Shown: positions 9,091 through 18,880, numbered from the stretch's first letter. The stretch: DNA of 51,233 nucleotides from Methanobacteriota archaeon (GCA_020697715.1 JAEHCO010000008.1:1-51233); one strand, 5' to 3'. Notes: a model not told the origin generated them from the letters alone. A program made the numbers and translations.

Positions 9091-10542
9091 ATGGAGTATA
9101 TCGAGGAGCTGAAAGCTGTACTTGGAGATAAGGTTCTCACAGAGAATTTTGAGAGATTCATATTTGGAGCAGATTGGTCACCCAGGACACAGAAAGAGAT
9201 TTTCCCTCCTGATGTTGTCATATGCCCGAGATGCACGGAAGATGTTGTTGAGACGGTCAAGATCGCGTACAAACATGGTATTCCGGTCACAGCAGGCGGT
9301 GGATTGACAGGCATGGCTGGTGGAGCAGTTCCGATACATGGTGGGATATACATAGATGGAGCCTGCATGAACAAGATAATGGAAGTTGATGTGGCCAATC
9401 AGACCATACGCACACAATCCGGAGCCACGCTCCAGGAATTGGTGGATGCGGGAAAGCCTCACGGTCTCTGGTTCCCTGTTCTTCCAGAGAGTAAGTGGAG
9501 TTGTACTATCGCATCCGCGATAGCATGCGACAATGATTCCACATTTGGTATGAAATACGGAAAGCCTCTCAATCAAGTTCTTTCTATCGAAATGGTGACC
9601 GGTAAAGGTGAGATTATTGAAGCAGGACACAGAAAAGCCCGCTTTTCTGCCTCAGGATACAAGCTTAAGGACCTTATTATCGGCAGCGAGGGTACACTCG
9701 GAGTGATCACTGCCGCAACTGTCAAACTTGAGCCAGTTCCCGAACACAGGCATGTGGATATGATAATCTTCGATTCAATGGGCAAGGCCGTTGATTATCT
9801 GAATAATATATTGAAGGCCGGACTTATTCCGGAGGGAGCTCATATCAATTGTAAAAGAAGATTGAAGTTCTACACCCATGCTTACAAGGAAAAGCATGGT
9901 CATGATCCAGAGATCCCTGAATGGGCGGGATCATTATTGGCGATAATATTTGCAGGCGACAAGGATGTTGTTGATTTCTCATTGAAGAAAGCCTATGCCA
10001 TGGCGGATGAGATGGGCGGACAATTGATCCAGGAAAGAGAGATAATTGATAATTGGTGGATCAGCAAGCACACGCTTGATTTCCCGGCCTTCAAACAGAA
10101 ATGGCCGGCATCCCAGAAAGTGAAGAAGTTCGGAGCCGCAGATCCAGGAATACCAATGGGGCGGTTGGAAGAATATTATGACATATTTGTTGAAACAGCT
10201 GAGAAATATGAACTTGACATCCTTGGGATGAATGCATATCTTGAACATCCCGGTAGTATTGGTTTCTCACTTTCATGCGCATTGTTCGTTAATTATCGTG
10301 ATCAGGATGAGGTTGATCGCTTTCGCAAGTATTTCGAGGAGATGTCAAAGAGAGCTGTCGATCTTGAAGGTACGATGTCCACCTATATGTCGGATACAGA
10401 TCTCAAAGTTCCATACTTCGAATATGAGCATGGGCTCGGAGCAGAGTATATGCTGGAGATCAAACGTCTATTCGATCCGAAATGCATCATGAACCCTGGA
10501 AAGAAGTTCACCCGGGAAAAAGTATTGGGAAAGGAGGGTTGA
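9091..10542 (+). CDS. FAD-binding oxidoreductase, GlcD/D-lactate dehydrogenase superfamily (divergent active site)
   Basis: PDVVICP..TEDV, GGGLTGMAGGAVP FAD-binding motif, GYKLKDLIIGSEGTLGVIT, C-terminal KRLFDPKCIMNPGK. Confidence 0.9.
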   Translation: MEYIEELKAVLGDKVLTENFERFIFGADWSPRTQKEIFPPDVVICPRCTEDVVETVKIAYKHGIPVTAGGGLTGMAGGAVPIHGGIYIDGACMNKIMEVDVANQTIRTQSGATLQELVDAGKPHGLWFPVLPESKWSCTIASAIACDNDSTFGMKYGKPLNQVLSIEMVTGKGEIIEAGHRKARFSASGYKLKDLIIGSEGTLGVITAATVKLEPVPEHRHVDMIIFDSMGKAVDYLNNILKAGLIPEGAHINCKRRLKFYTHAYKEKHGHDPEIPEWAGSLLAIIFAGDKDVVDFSLKKAYAMADEMGGQLIQEREIIDNWWISKHTLDFPAFKQKWPASQKVKKFGAADPGIPMGRLEEYYDIFVETAEKYELDILGMNAYLEHPGSIGFSLSCALFVNYRDQDEVDRFRKYFEEMSKRAVDLEGTMSTYMSDTDLKVPYFEYEHGLGAEYMLEIKRLFDPKCIMNPGKKFTREKVLGKEG

Positions 10543-10544
10543 AC

Positions 10545-11624
10545 ATGTCCATAGAAGAACACAGGGACGACATTGAGACATGTTTCGGAACCTCATGCAA
10601 TTTCTGCGAGAGGAATTGTCCAGTTTACAAGATATTGAGAGTTAAAACTTATACGAGCAAGGGAAAGAACAGAGCCATGCTCGGATTGATAGATGGACAT
10701 TATGATGCAAGCATGGCATTAGCCGAGGTAGCCTTTACCTGCACGCTTTGCGGTGCATGTGATGCTCATTGCGCACTACCGAACACGGAAAGATTCATCG
10801 AACTAAGAAGGAAACTTGTCAAAGAAGGATTGATAAGACCGGAATATGATCGATCTATTGAAAGCATCAAGAAGACCGGGGATGTATTTGGTCGAAGCAT
10901 CGAGACAAGCAAGATCTTTGAGGAAACTGCAGATGGAGATGTTCCTATTTATCTCGGCTGTCAGTACAAGGGAGAAAAAAATGAAGTTAAGCTTATCATA
11001 AAAGTACTCGATAAGATGGGGATCAAAGCCAAGATAACAGATGATGAATCTTGTTGCGGATATATCGCCCATGTTCTTGGATATGAAGATGAGATGCCAG
11101 AGATAGTTAACAAGTTCAAAGAAGCTTATCCGCATGATGATTTCATAACTCTCTGTCCATCCTGTACGATGTTCACACAGGAAGAGATGGATCTTAATTC
11201 GGTGCATGTGATCAAGCATATTCATGAACTGATAATGTCTGGAAAAATAGAACTAAAGGACCTGGACATGGATGTGACATATCATGATCCATGTGACCTT
11301 GGAAGAAAACTTGGTGTCATCGAAGAACCACGTGAGATACTCAAGGCCATGGGAGTGCGTGTCCATGAGATGGAGAACAATAAGGAATTCAGCATGTGCT
11401 GTGGAGCTGGCGGTGGTATGCTCATAACTGACCCCGAGCTTGTGGATGATATGTCGAAGGAGAGAATGAAGCAAGCGATAGACACTGGTGTTGATGTTCT
11501 TGTTACGGTTTGTCCAACCTGCGAATCCACGCTTCTAACAGGATCGATGCTTGCAAGAAAAGAATATAAAAAGAGGGTCAAGGTAATGAGTATTTGGGAA
11601 TTGCTGGATGAAGCTGTTGATTAA
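10545..11624 (+). CDS. Fe-S oxidoreductase, HdrD/GlcF-like (two 4Fe-4S motifs plus two CCG domains)
   Basis: CFGTSCNFCERNCP, CTLCGACDAHC, SCCGY..CPSC, YHDPCDLGR..CCGAGGG..CPTC; start placed at ATG 10545 behind GGAGGG RBS. Confidence 0.9.
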   Translation: MSIEEHRDDIETCFGTSCNFCERNCPVYKILRVKTYTSKGKNRAMLGLIDGHYDASMALAEVAFTCTLCGACDAHCALPNTERFIELRRKLVKEGLIRPEYDRSIESIKKTGDVFGRSIETSKIFEETADGDVPIYLGCQYKGEKNEVKLIIKVLDKMGIKAKITDDESCCGYIAHVLGYEDEMPEIVNKFKEAYPHDDFITLCPSCTMFTQEEMDLNSVHVIKHIHELIMSGKIELKDLDMDVTYHDPCDLGRKLGVIEEPREILKAMGVRVHEMENNKEFSMCCGAGGGMLITDPELVDDMSKERMKQAIDTGVDVLVTVCPTCESTLLTGSMLARKEYKKRVKVMSIWELLDEAVD

Positions 11625-11709
11625 ACATTCCTTATCCACACCCCCATTTAACAAATGAAATCCATCCAAACCTTTATAAATTATCAGACCTAAGGAGGTT
11701 TGTGAGTAT

Positions 11710-12909
11710 ATGAAAGCTGTGATACTTGCTGCTGGAGAAGGAACAAGGCTCAGACCCTTTACCAACTCCGAGCCAAAAGGGATGCTACCTATTTCCAATC
11801 GCCCTATATTGGAATATATTATCAAGGCCTTGGCCCAGAATAAGATAAGAGATATCATCATTGTTGTGGGTTATCATAAAGAGCGTATAATGAGCTATTT
11901 TGAAGATGGCAAGGACTTTGATGTTAATATATCCTATATTGTTCAGAAAAGGCGTGTTGGAAAAATAGGAACTGCCTATGCATTGAGCATGGCGAAGAAC
12001 AAGATTAAGGATGATTTTATTGTTTTACCTGGAGACAATCTGATAGATGCACAAACAATATCAGATGTCATATCTGGTAAGCAAAAACATAAAATAGCCA
12101 TAGTTCAAAGTGACATCCCTTCAAAATATGGGGTCGTGGAACTTTCGGGCAATGTAGTTCGCAATATCATTGAAAAACCAGAAGAGGAAATAAGTAATCT
12201 CATCAGCACAGGGATATACAAATTGCCTGTTAGCATATTTGATGACATCGAGAAAGTAATGAAGAGTGGGCATTATGATATGACAAGCGTCTTACAGTCC
12301 ATTCTTACCAAGAAAAAGATCATCGCCGTCACTACCAAAGGCATGTGGCAGGATATTGTTTATCCATGGGATATATTGGATGTTAATTCAATGGCTCTCA
12401 ACAATAATGAATCACATACTTCTGGAAGGATAGAAAGAAATGTTACATTGAAAGGCTCTGTCTCAATAGGAGAAGGGACCATAATTCGATCTGGTGCATA
12501 CATTGTAGGACCTGTAAAGATCGGAGAAGGGTGTGAGATTGGACCCAATGTCACGATCTATCCCTCAACAAGCATCGGCAATAATGTAAGAGTTGGACCA
12601 AACTCCGTCATAGAGCATAGTGTCATCATGAGCGATGTAAATATTGGCGCGACATGCCATATAATCGATTCTGTTATCGGCGATGGGGTGGAGATCGGAC
12701 CGCACTTTTGCTCAACATCTCGATCAGGAAATATCGAAATGGATGATGAGCTTCATAAGGTGGAGCACATAGGTGCATTGATAGGTGAGAGAACGATCAT
12801 AGGAGATCAGGTCAGTGTGAATGGTGGTATTATCATTGGTTCCAATTGTGATATTTCATCACAAAAGATAATATCAAAGAGAATACCTGACAACTCATCA
12901 GTTCTTTAA
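11710..12909 (+). CDS. glmU: Archaeal bifunctional sugar-1-phosphate nucleotidylyltransferase/acetyltransferase (GlmU-like)
   Basis: MKAVILAAGEGTRLRPFT...PK motif, C-terminal hexapeptide repeats, directly upstream of glmS. Confidence 0.85.
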   Translation: MKAVILAAGEGTRLRPFTNSEPKGMLPISNRPILEYIIKALAQNKIRDIIIVVGYHKERIMSYFEDGKDFDVNISYIVQKRRVGKIGTAYALSMAKNKIKDDFIVLPGDNLIDAQTISDVISGKQKHKIAIVQSDIPSKYGVVELSGNVVRNIIEKPEEEISNLISTGIYKLPVSIFDDIEKVMKSGHYDMTSVLQSILTKKKIIAVTTKGMWQDIVYPWDILDVNSMALNNNESHTSGRIERNVTLKGSVSIGEGTIIRSGAYIVGPVKIGEGCEIGPNVTIYPSTSIGNNVRVGPNSVIEHSVIMSDVNIGATCHIIDSVIGDGVEIGPHFCSTSRSGNIEMDDELHKVEHIGALIGERTIIGDQVSVNGGIIIGSNCDISSQKIISKRIPDNSSVL

Positions 12910-12926
12910 ACATTGCAAGGGATATC

Positions 12927-14714
12927 ATGTGCGGAATTATTGGATACACCGGGCCAAAGGCGGCAAAAAATATCTTACTTAATGCCCTAAAGCGATTGGA
13001 ATATAGGGGCTATGATTCCGCAGGCATCGCTGTCATCAATAATGAGCTAAATGTCTTCAAGGACAAGGGAGACATCGACCATCTTATTGATATAACTCCC
13101 GAATTCAAAGGCACTCAGGGCATCGGACATACAAGATGGGCGACACATGGTAAGCCTATCAAAAATAATTCTCATCCTTTCAAAGGCTGCAAAGGTAATT
13201 TTGCAATTGTGCATAATGGAATCATAGATAATTTCAATGAGTTGAAGGATGATCTATTAAAGAAAGGGCATATATTCTCATCCGAAACAGATACCGAGGT
13301 AATTGTTCATCTCTTGGAAGATAATTATGAAGATAATCTTGAAGATGCCATGAGAAAAGTGGTTAAAAAGTTGAGAGGAAGCTTTGCGATTGTCGCGATA
13401 ACGACCTTTGAGAAAGACAAGGTCGTTGGTGCAAGGATGATCAGCCCATTGATAGTGGGTGTAGGACATGATGAGAACTTTATCGCATCGGATGTACCTG
13501 CGGTCCTCGAATATACAAATAATATGATCTATCTTCTTGATGAGGAGATCGTCACGATAACAAGTAAAAGCGTCGATATCCAAACCTTTGATGGTGATCC
13601 GGTTGAAAGAGATTCTCAGAAAGTGGACATGACCCTTGATGGAGCCGAGAAAGGAGGTTATGAGCATTTCATGTTGAAAGAGATATTTGAGCAACCAAAA
13701 GCAATTCATAATACGCTTTTGGGTGAGGTGCTTAACTTCGACAGCTATGTAAATAGCAATCATATATCAAATATCAAGATAATTGCCTGCGGAACATCAT
13801 ATCATGCAGGGTTGGTGGGTAAGCACATAATCGAAAATCTGGCGAACATTCCAACAACCGTTGAACTCGCATCAGAATACCGATTCCAGGCCGAGGCTGG
13901 TGAAAGGCCATTGGTCATCGCGATAAGTCAAAGTGGAGAGACATTGGACACGATGAGCGCGATAAGATTGGCAAGAAGACGCGGTCTCAGAACCATGAGC
14001 ATTGTGAATATCGTAAGCAGTACTTTGACAAGGGAGACCGATGAAACTTTTTACACACGAGCTGATCTGGAGATCGGTGTTGCCGCGACAAAGACCTACA
14101 TCACACAGATAATCGCCATGTACATACTTGCAATAAGATTCGGCCGGGCAAATGGATCGCTTAGCCCGGACAGAGCAAGACGGATGACCAATAGATTGAG
14201 AGATCTTCCAAAGCAGGTGAAGATAATACTCAATGATGCTCAGGACATAAAGAGGATCGCGGAGAAGATCGCGGATTCAAGAAGTATGTTCTTCCTGGGG
14301 CGCAATATAAACTATCCTGTTGCATTGGAAGGCGCATTGAAGATGAAGGAGATATCCTATATCCATGCGGAAGGCTACCCTGGCGGAGAATTAAAGCATG
14401 GGCCACTCGCTCTCATAACTGAAGAGACACCAGTCATTGCCATTGCAGTTAAGGATTATACTTATGAGAAGATGCTAGGAAATATCGGAGAAGTATCTGC
14501 AAGAGGCTCCCCGGTAGTTGGCATCGGCAATAAAAGTGATAATGAGCTAAAGCGATATGTTGATGAGGTCATCAAGATACCTGATGTGCATTATCTTTTC
14601 ACACCAGTATTGACAAGCGTGGTCATGCAATTGCTGTCATATTATGTCGCTGATGCAAGGGATTGCGAGATAGATAAACCAAGGCATCTCGCGAAGAGCG
14701 TGACAGTGGAATAA
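12927..14714 (+). CDS. glmS: Glutamine--fructose-6-phosphate aminotransferase
   Basis: MCGIIG, LEYRGYDSAG, GHTRWATHG, SQSGET, ELKHGP, PRHLAKSVTVE. Confidence 0.98.
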   Translation: MCGIIGYTGPKAAKNILLNALKRLEYRGYDSAGIAVINNELNVFKDKGDIDHLIDITPEFKGTQGIGHTRWATHGKPIKNNSHPFKGCKGNFAIVHNGIIDNFNELKDDLLKKGHIFSSETDTEVIVHLLEDNYEDNLEDAMRKVVKKLRGSFAIVAITTFEKDKVVGARMISPLIVGVGHDENFIASDVPAVLEYTNNMIYLLDEEIVTITSKSVDIQTFDGDPVERDSQKVDMTLDGAEKGGYEHFMLKEIFEQPKAIHNTLLGEVLNFDSYVNSNHISNIKIIACGTSYHAGLVGKHIIENLANIPTTVELASEYRFQAEAGERPLVIAISQSGETLDTMSAIRLARRRGLRTMSIVNIVSSTLTRETDETFYTRADLEIGVAATKTYITQIIAMYILAIRFGRANGSLSPDRARRMTNRLRDLPKQVKIILNDAQDIKRIAEKIADSRSMFFLGRNINYPVALEGALKMKEISYIHAEGYPGGELKHGPLALITEETPVIAIAVKDYTYEKMLGNIGEVSARGSPVVGIGNKSDNELKRYVDEVIKIPDVHYLFTPVLTSVVMQLLSYYVADARDCEIDKPRHLAKSVTVE

Positions 14715-14753
14715 CTATCAGGCCCTAAAGACCCTGAATGTTTTCCAACAAAG

Positions 14754-14824
14754 GCCATAAGCCCGATTCTCGGAGCTATGTTTAGCTTCGAGCTGATTCA
14801 AATATCCATTGATGGGCTTACGGC
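14754..14824. other. Nested inverted repeats forming a possible three-way-junction RNA between glmS and mcm
   Basis: GCCATAAGCCC (14754-64)/GGGCTTACGGC (14814-24) enclosing CTCGGAGCTA-TGTT-TAGCTTCGAG (14769-92) and TCAA/TTGA (14798-812). Confidence 0.45.
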
Positions 14825-15025
14825 AACCGACTACCCTTCTTATGTTTCTACTAGCACATCACTCCAAAACTCTAAAATATCTAAATGAAAAAAGCCAGAT
14901 AACTTAAATGAAAAAAATTAATGGATTATTTATATCAGAAATGATTTACCAAGAGGTTACCTTGATTTGGGCAGATGGCCGTGGACATTCTCATGGCCAG
15001 TCCATTAAAAGGGGGAGTTAGTAGT

Positions 15026-17164
15026 ATGGCCGCAGAGCAGACCCAGGAGACACTGGTCCAGAAATGGGGAGAGATCCTCGAAGAATCAAACTACGTACCT
15101 AAGATCAAATCTCTCAGTGATATCTATCCTGAGGAGAAAAGTCTCAAGGTCAAGTTTGATGACATTGATAGATATGACAATGAGATGGCAATATTATTAT
15201 TAACTGATCCAGCAAAGCTAATATCCTCTGGAGAAGAGGCCATAAAAGAATATATTCCCCCAACATCAGAAGGAGTGGAATTGAAGCTCAGGATAATGAA
15301 TATCCCAAAAGATCTCAGAACAGAGGTTCGAAGGATAAGGAGCAAACATCTTGGTAATTTTTTATCTATCGAGGGGGTTGTCAAGAGAGCTTCAGATGTC
15401 AGACCAAGAGTTCAGAGAGCTGTTTTCGAATGCGCGAGATGCCACACTAAACAGATAGTCCATCAGGATGATCCCATCCTACACGAACCATTGGAATGCC
15501 CCAGTGATATTGGAGGGTGTGGAAGAGCCCGTGGTGCTACAAGGTTCATACCTCTTATTTCAGATTCGACCTTTATCGACACTCAAAAGATAGAGATACA
15601 GGAAAGACCGGAAAAGCTTCGAGGTGGTGCATTGGCACAATTCCTCTTTTCAATAGTTGAGGACGATCTCACTGGCGAAACATATCCTGGCGACAGGATC
15701 ATCATCAATGGTGTCCTCAAAACAAGGATGCAGAGAAAAGGTCAAAATCAGATGACCACTTTTGACATATACTTGGATGTGAACAGCATCGATGTCATAG
15801 AGGCTGAGTTCGATGAGATCGAGATATCTGATGAGGAAATGGAAGAGATCGAAAGGCTCTCAACGGATCCGGATATTTACGCAAAACTTGTCCAATCCAT
15901 CTCACCGACCATATATGGGCTTGAGATCGAGAAAGAGGCTCTTATCCTTCAATTATTCGGTGGTCTCAGCAAGAAGATGCCAGATGGGACAAAGTTGAGA
16001 GGGGATATCCACATATTACTTGTTGGTGATCCAGGAACTGCAAAATCACAATTGCTGAGCTATATGTCCAGCATCACACCACGAGGTGTATACGCCTCGG
16101 GTAAATCCGCTACAAGTGCGGGTTTGACAGCAGCCGCGGTCAAAGATGAGACTGGGGATGGACGCTGGACACTGGAAGCTGGTGCCCTTGTATTGGCCGA
16201 TAAAGGACTTGCCTGTATAGATGAGCTTGACAAGATGAGCAAGCAAGACAGCAGCAGTATGCACGAGGCCATGGAACAGCAAAGAATATCCATCGCAAAA
16301 GCAGGGATCACGGCTACCCTACAATCAAGATGCTCTGTCCTTGCAGCTGCGAATCCTAAGGAAGGAAGGTTCGATCAAGCTGTTTACATATACGAGCAGA
16401 TCAATATTCCAACTACATTATTGTCAAGATTCGATATGATATTCCCAATATCCGATAAAACAGACCAGAGCCATGATGCAAAGATCGCATCACATATCTT
16501 ACGTTCACATCTTCTGGGTGAGATGACCATGAGTGAAGAGGCATCCGAGGGAGAAACTGGGATTAGCACAACAAAACAACTGGATGATCTTAAAGCCATA
16601 CATAAACCAACGATAGATCAGAAGACACTTAGAAAGTATGTATTTGTTGCAAAGAAAATATCACCGGTGATGACCGATTCGGCAATGGAAACTCTCAAGG
16701 ATTACTATCTTGAGATCAGAAAAAAGGGAGAAGAGGGAACCGTTCCGATAACTGCCAGACAATTAGAAGCTTTTGTAAGATTGGCAGAGGCCAGTGCAAG
16801 AGGCCGAATGAGCAGTGAAGTGACGATAGATGATGCAGAAAGGGCCAAGCGAATATCACAGGAATTCTTCAGACGTGTGCTTGGCCGTGGCTCATTTGAT
16901 GACTGGGACGCGGATGTGATCAATACTGGAAATCCAAAAGCCCAGCGTGACAAGATGAAAGAGGTCAGAAAGATAATAACAGAGCTTCTTAAGGTCGATC
17001 CGGGTGGTTTCAGCGAGAAGGGATTCATAGGTATGGCACATGAGCATGGCATAATGGATTCCGAGGCCACAAAGATATTTGATAAGATGAGACGTGGCGG
17101 TGAGCTATACCAGTCGGGAATGCTAGAAGGAAAACCTTTGTATAAATTAGTCCACGAGTTGTGA
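15026..17164 (+). CDS. mcm: Minichromosome maintenance replicative helicase
   Basis: Zn finger FECARC..ECPSDIGGC, Walker A VGDPGTAKSQLL, GLTAAAV, CIDELDKM, AAANP, SRFD, ITARQLE; ATG 15026 follows GGGGGAG RBS (alternative start 14975). Confidence 0.97.
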   Translation: MAAEQTQETLVQKWGEILEESNYVPKIKSLSDIYPEEKSLKVKFDDIDRYDNEMAILLLTDPAKLISSGEEAIKEYIPPTSEGVELKLRIMNIPKDLRTEVRRIRSKHLGNFLSIEGVVKRASDVRPRVQRAVFECARCHTKQIVHQDDPILHEPLECPSDIGGCGRARGATRFIPLISDSTFIDTQKIEIQERPEKLRGGALAQFLFSIVEDDLTGETYPGDRIIINGVLKTRMQRKGQNQMTTFDIYLDVNSIDVIEAEFDEIEISDEEMEEIERLSTDPDIYAKLVQSISPTIYGLEIEKEALILQLFGGLSKKMPDGTKLRGDIHILLVGDPGTAKSQLLSYMSSITPRGVYASGKSATSAGLTAAAVKDETGDGRWTLEAGALVLADKGLACIDELDKMSKQDSSSMHEAMEQQRISIAKAGITATLQSRCSVLAAANPKEGRFDQAVYIYEQINIPTTLLSRFDMIFPISDKTDQSHDAKIASHILRSHLLGEMTMSEEASEGETGISTTKQLDDLKAIHKPTIDQKTLRKYVFVAKKISPVMTDSAMETLKDYYLEIRKKGEEGTVPITARQLEAFVRLAEASARGRMSSEVTIDDAERAKRISQEFFRRVLGRGSFDDWDADVINTGNPKAQRDKMKEVRKIITELLKVDPGGFSEKGFIGMAHEHGIMDSEATKIFDKMRRGGELYQSGMLEGKPLYKLVHEL

Positions 17165-17460
17165 TCATGATAAACGCAAAGATACATAGACAAGATGGAA
17201 CTGCTCTTCTCGCGGCTTGTGATGCTGAATTGGTTGGAACCACATTGACAGATGGAGATATCAAGATCTCATTGTCCGAGCATTTTTATGGTGAGGAATC
17301 CATTGATGAAGAGGAACTTATCATATTATTCTCCCAAGCATCTTCAATGAATTTTTTTGGAGAGGAGACCATCACCTTAGCGATCAAGCATGGTTACGTG
17401 GATGAGGATACTGTCATGAAGATATCTGGCATTCCGCATGTTCAGATATATTACTGTTAG
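17161..17460 (+). CDS. DUF424 family protein
   Basis: LLAACDAELVG..FYGEE..NFFGE..GIPHVQ pattern; overlaps mcm stop (alternative ATG 17167). Confidence 0.85.
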   Translation: MIMINAKIHRQDGTALLAACDAELVGTTLTDGDIKISLSEHFYGEESIDEEELIILFSQASSMNFFGEETITLAIKHGYVDEDTVMKISGIPHVQIYYC

Positions 17461-17468
17461 GTTTTGTT

Positions 17469-18482
17469 ATGTATTGTGTTAAATGTGGATCTGAAGAAAA
17501 GACATATAGCAATCTATGCCAGAAATGTCTGATAGATGATAGAGAACTTGTAAAGATCCCTCATTATGTCAAGCGCATTATCTGCCCAGAATGTGGTGAT
17601 TATCTTATGGGAAGCTCAACATGGATCAGACCATTTGATGGAATGCAATCATTGATAGAGAATCATTTGGAATTCGATGAACTTGTAAAAGAGCCTTCCA
17701 TCGAATTTGATGAATTCCCTGATGGCACAAATGAGTTTCAGATACAATTATCAATTGAGATCAACATAGAAGAGCTATATCTTGAAATACCATTGAGCTT
17801 CATATTGAGAACAAAGAATCAAGTGTGTGATGTATGTAGCAGGAAGAAAGGGGGGTATTTTGAAGCTATCATCCAGATCCGTGGTGATGGAAGAGACCCT
17901 TCAGAACAGGACATGGAAGGTATCAAGAATTTCCTGAACAAGAGCCTTGACCTTAATAAATCCGATAGGCAGGCCTTTTTGACAAAAGAATCAAAAGTGA
18001 AGGGCGGAACTGATTTCTATATGGGTTCCTGTGTATTATCCAAATCACAAACACGGGATCTTCAGAACCGATTTGGGGGCAAGGTCACAGAAACATCCAA
18101 GATATATGGTCAAAGGGATGGAAATGATGTGTTCCGCTATACCTATCTATTAAGACTCCCAAAAATGAGGAAAGATGATATTGTGTCTGATAAGAAGAAC
18201 ATATACGTTGTTACTTCTGTATCAAAGAGCTTTGCATTCTTAAAGGATCTGAATACATGGAAAAAGAGGAAGATCAGATACGATGAGTTCAATAAATTCA
18301 ATGTGAACATTGGAGGTTACACCATCTCCAAGGCAGTGATAATCCATGAAGTGGAAAAGGAGATACAGATCCTGGACCCTATCACTATGACCCCAGTCAC
18401 TATCAAAAAACCAGAGGATTATGAATCAGAAGGCCAGGAGACCATGGTTATCTCCATTGATGATGATATTTATCTGATATGA
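17469..18482 (+). CDS. nmd3: NMD3-related ribosome biogenesis protein
   Basis: N-terminal CVKC..CQKC, CPEC..CDVC Zn motifs, GGYFEAIIQIR, GGTDFYMG, EIQILDP. Confidence 0.9.
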   Translation: MYCVKCGSEEKTYSNLCQKCLIDDRELVKIPHYVKRIICPECGDYLMGSSTWIRPFDGMQSLIENHLEFDELVKEPSIEFDEFPDGTNEFQIQLSIEINIEELYLEIPLSFILRTKNQVCDVCSRKKGGYFEAIIQIRGDGRDPSEQDMEGIKNFLNKSLDLNKSDRQAFLTKESKVKGGTDFYMGSCVLSKSQTRDLQNRFGGKVTETSKIYGQRDGNDVFRYTYLLRLPKMRKDDIVSDKKNIYVVTSVSKSFAFLKDLNTWKKRKIRYDEFNKFNVNIGGYTISKAVIIHEVEKEIQILDPITMTPVTIKKPEDYESEGQETMVISIDDDIYLI

Positions 18483-18502
18483 ATTATATGATGATAGTCA
18501 TG

Positions 18503-18553
18503 CATACGCCTTAGGAGTTATCAATCATACGCCTTAGGAGTTATCAATCATAC
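18503..18553. repeat. Perfect 23-bp tandem duplication (2.2 copies)
   Basis: CATACGCCTTAGGAGTTATCAAT at 18503-25 and 18526-48, then CATAC. Confidence 0.95.
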
Positions 18554-18663
18554 AAATGAATAAGTTCCATACATGAGAACGAATGCTTATTATTTATTTA
18601 TACACGCATAAATAATATATACTGTACTAGCTTTATCTATGTTAGTTGGTTAGCTATGCAATG

Positions 18664-18857
18664 AGGACTCCCACACCAGGCATGGAAATATGAGTTCTTA
18701 TTGAATTCAATCCAAGCTAATTCCACAATCGCTATGTATCTACAATCTAAAAATTGTGGCAGTAAATGTTCACCCACGTGGAATCAAACATTTATTGATG
18801 AAAGAATTCCAAGAATTCTTCGTATTAGAGCTTGGAGATAATTCAATAGCCATGCCT
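18664..18857 (+). ncRNA. Candidate structured RNA / long 5' leader with four-way junction
   Basis: Six nested helices found by eye: 18678-85/18850-57, 18699-707/18840-48, 18711-18/18829-36, and abutting hairpins 18723-59, 18760-97, 18798-823; G-U pairs favour the + strand; TATA-like TTTATCTA at 18632-39. Confidence 0.65.
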
Positions 18858-18880
18858 ATAGAACATTACACACGGGGTAT

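Noticed and set aside
14754-14824. Hammerhead ribozyme (three stems with CTGAT after a hairpin)
   Set aside because: Core reads CTGATTC rather than CUGANGA and there is no GAAA after the second hairpin
14860-14945. Replication origin upstream of mcm (AT-rich, TAAATGAAAAAA twice)
   Set aside because: No ORB-like repeats with G-strings and no cdc6/orc1 in the window; ordinary promoter sequence explains it
18664-18857. tRNA, SRP RNA, cobalamin riboswitch, hammerhead or HDV-like identity for the cloverleaf
   Set aside because: Too large and AT-rich for tRNA with no T-loop motif; no SRP helix-8 motif; no B12 box; TTGATGA-stem is not followed by GAAA; no room for HDV P3/L3
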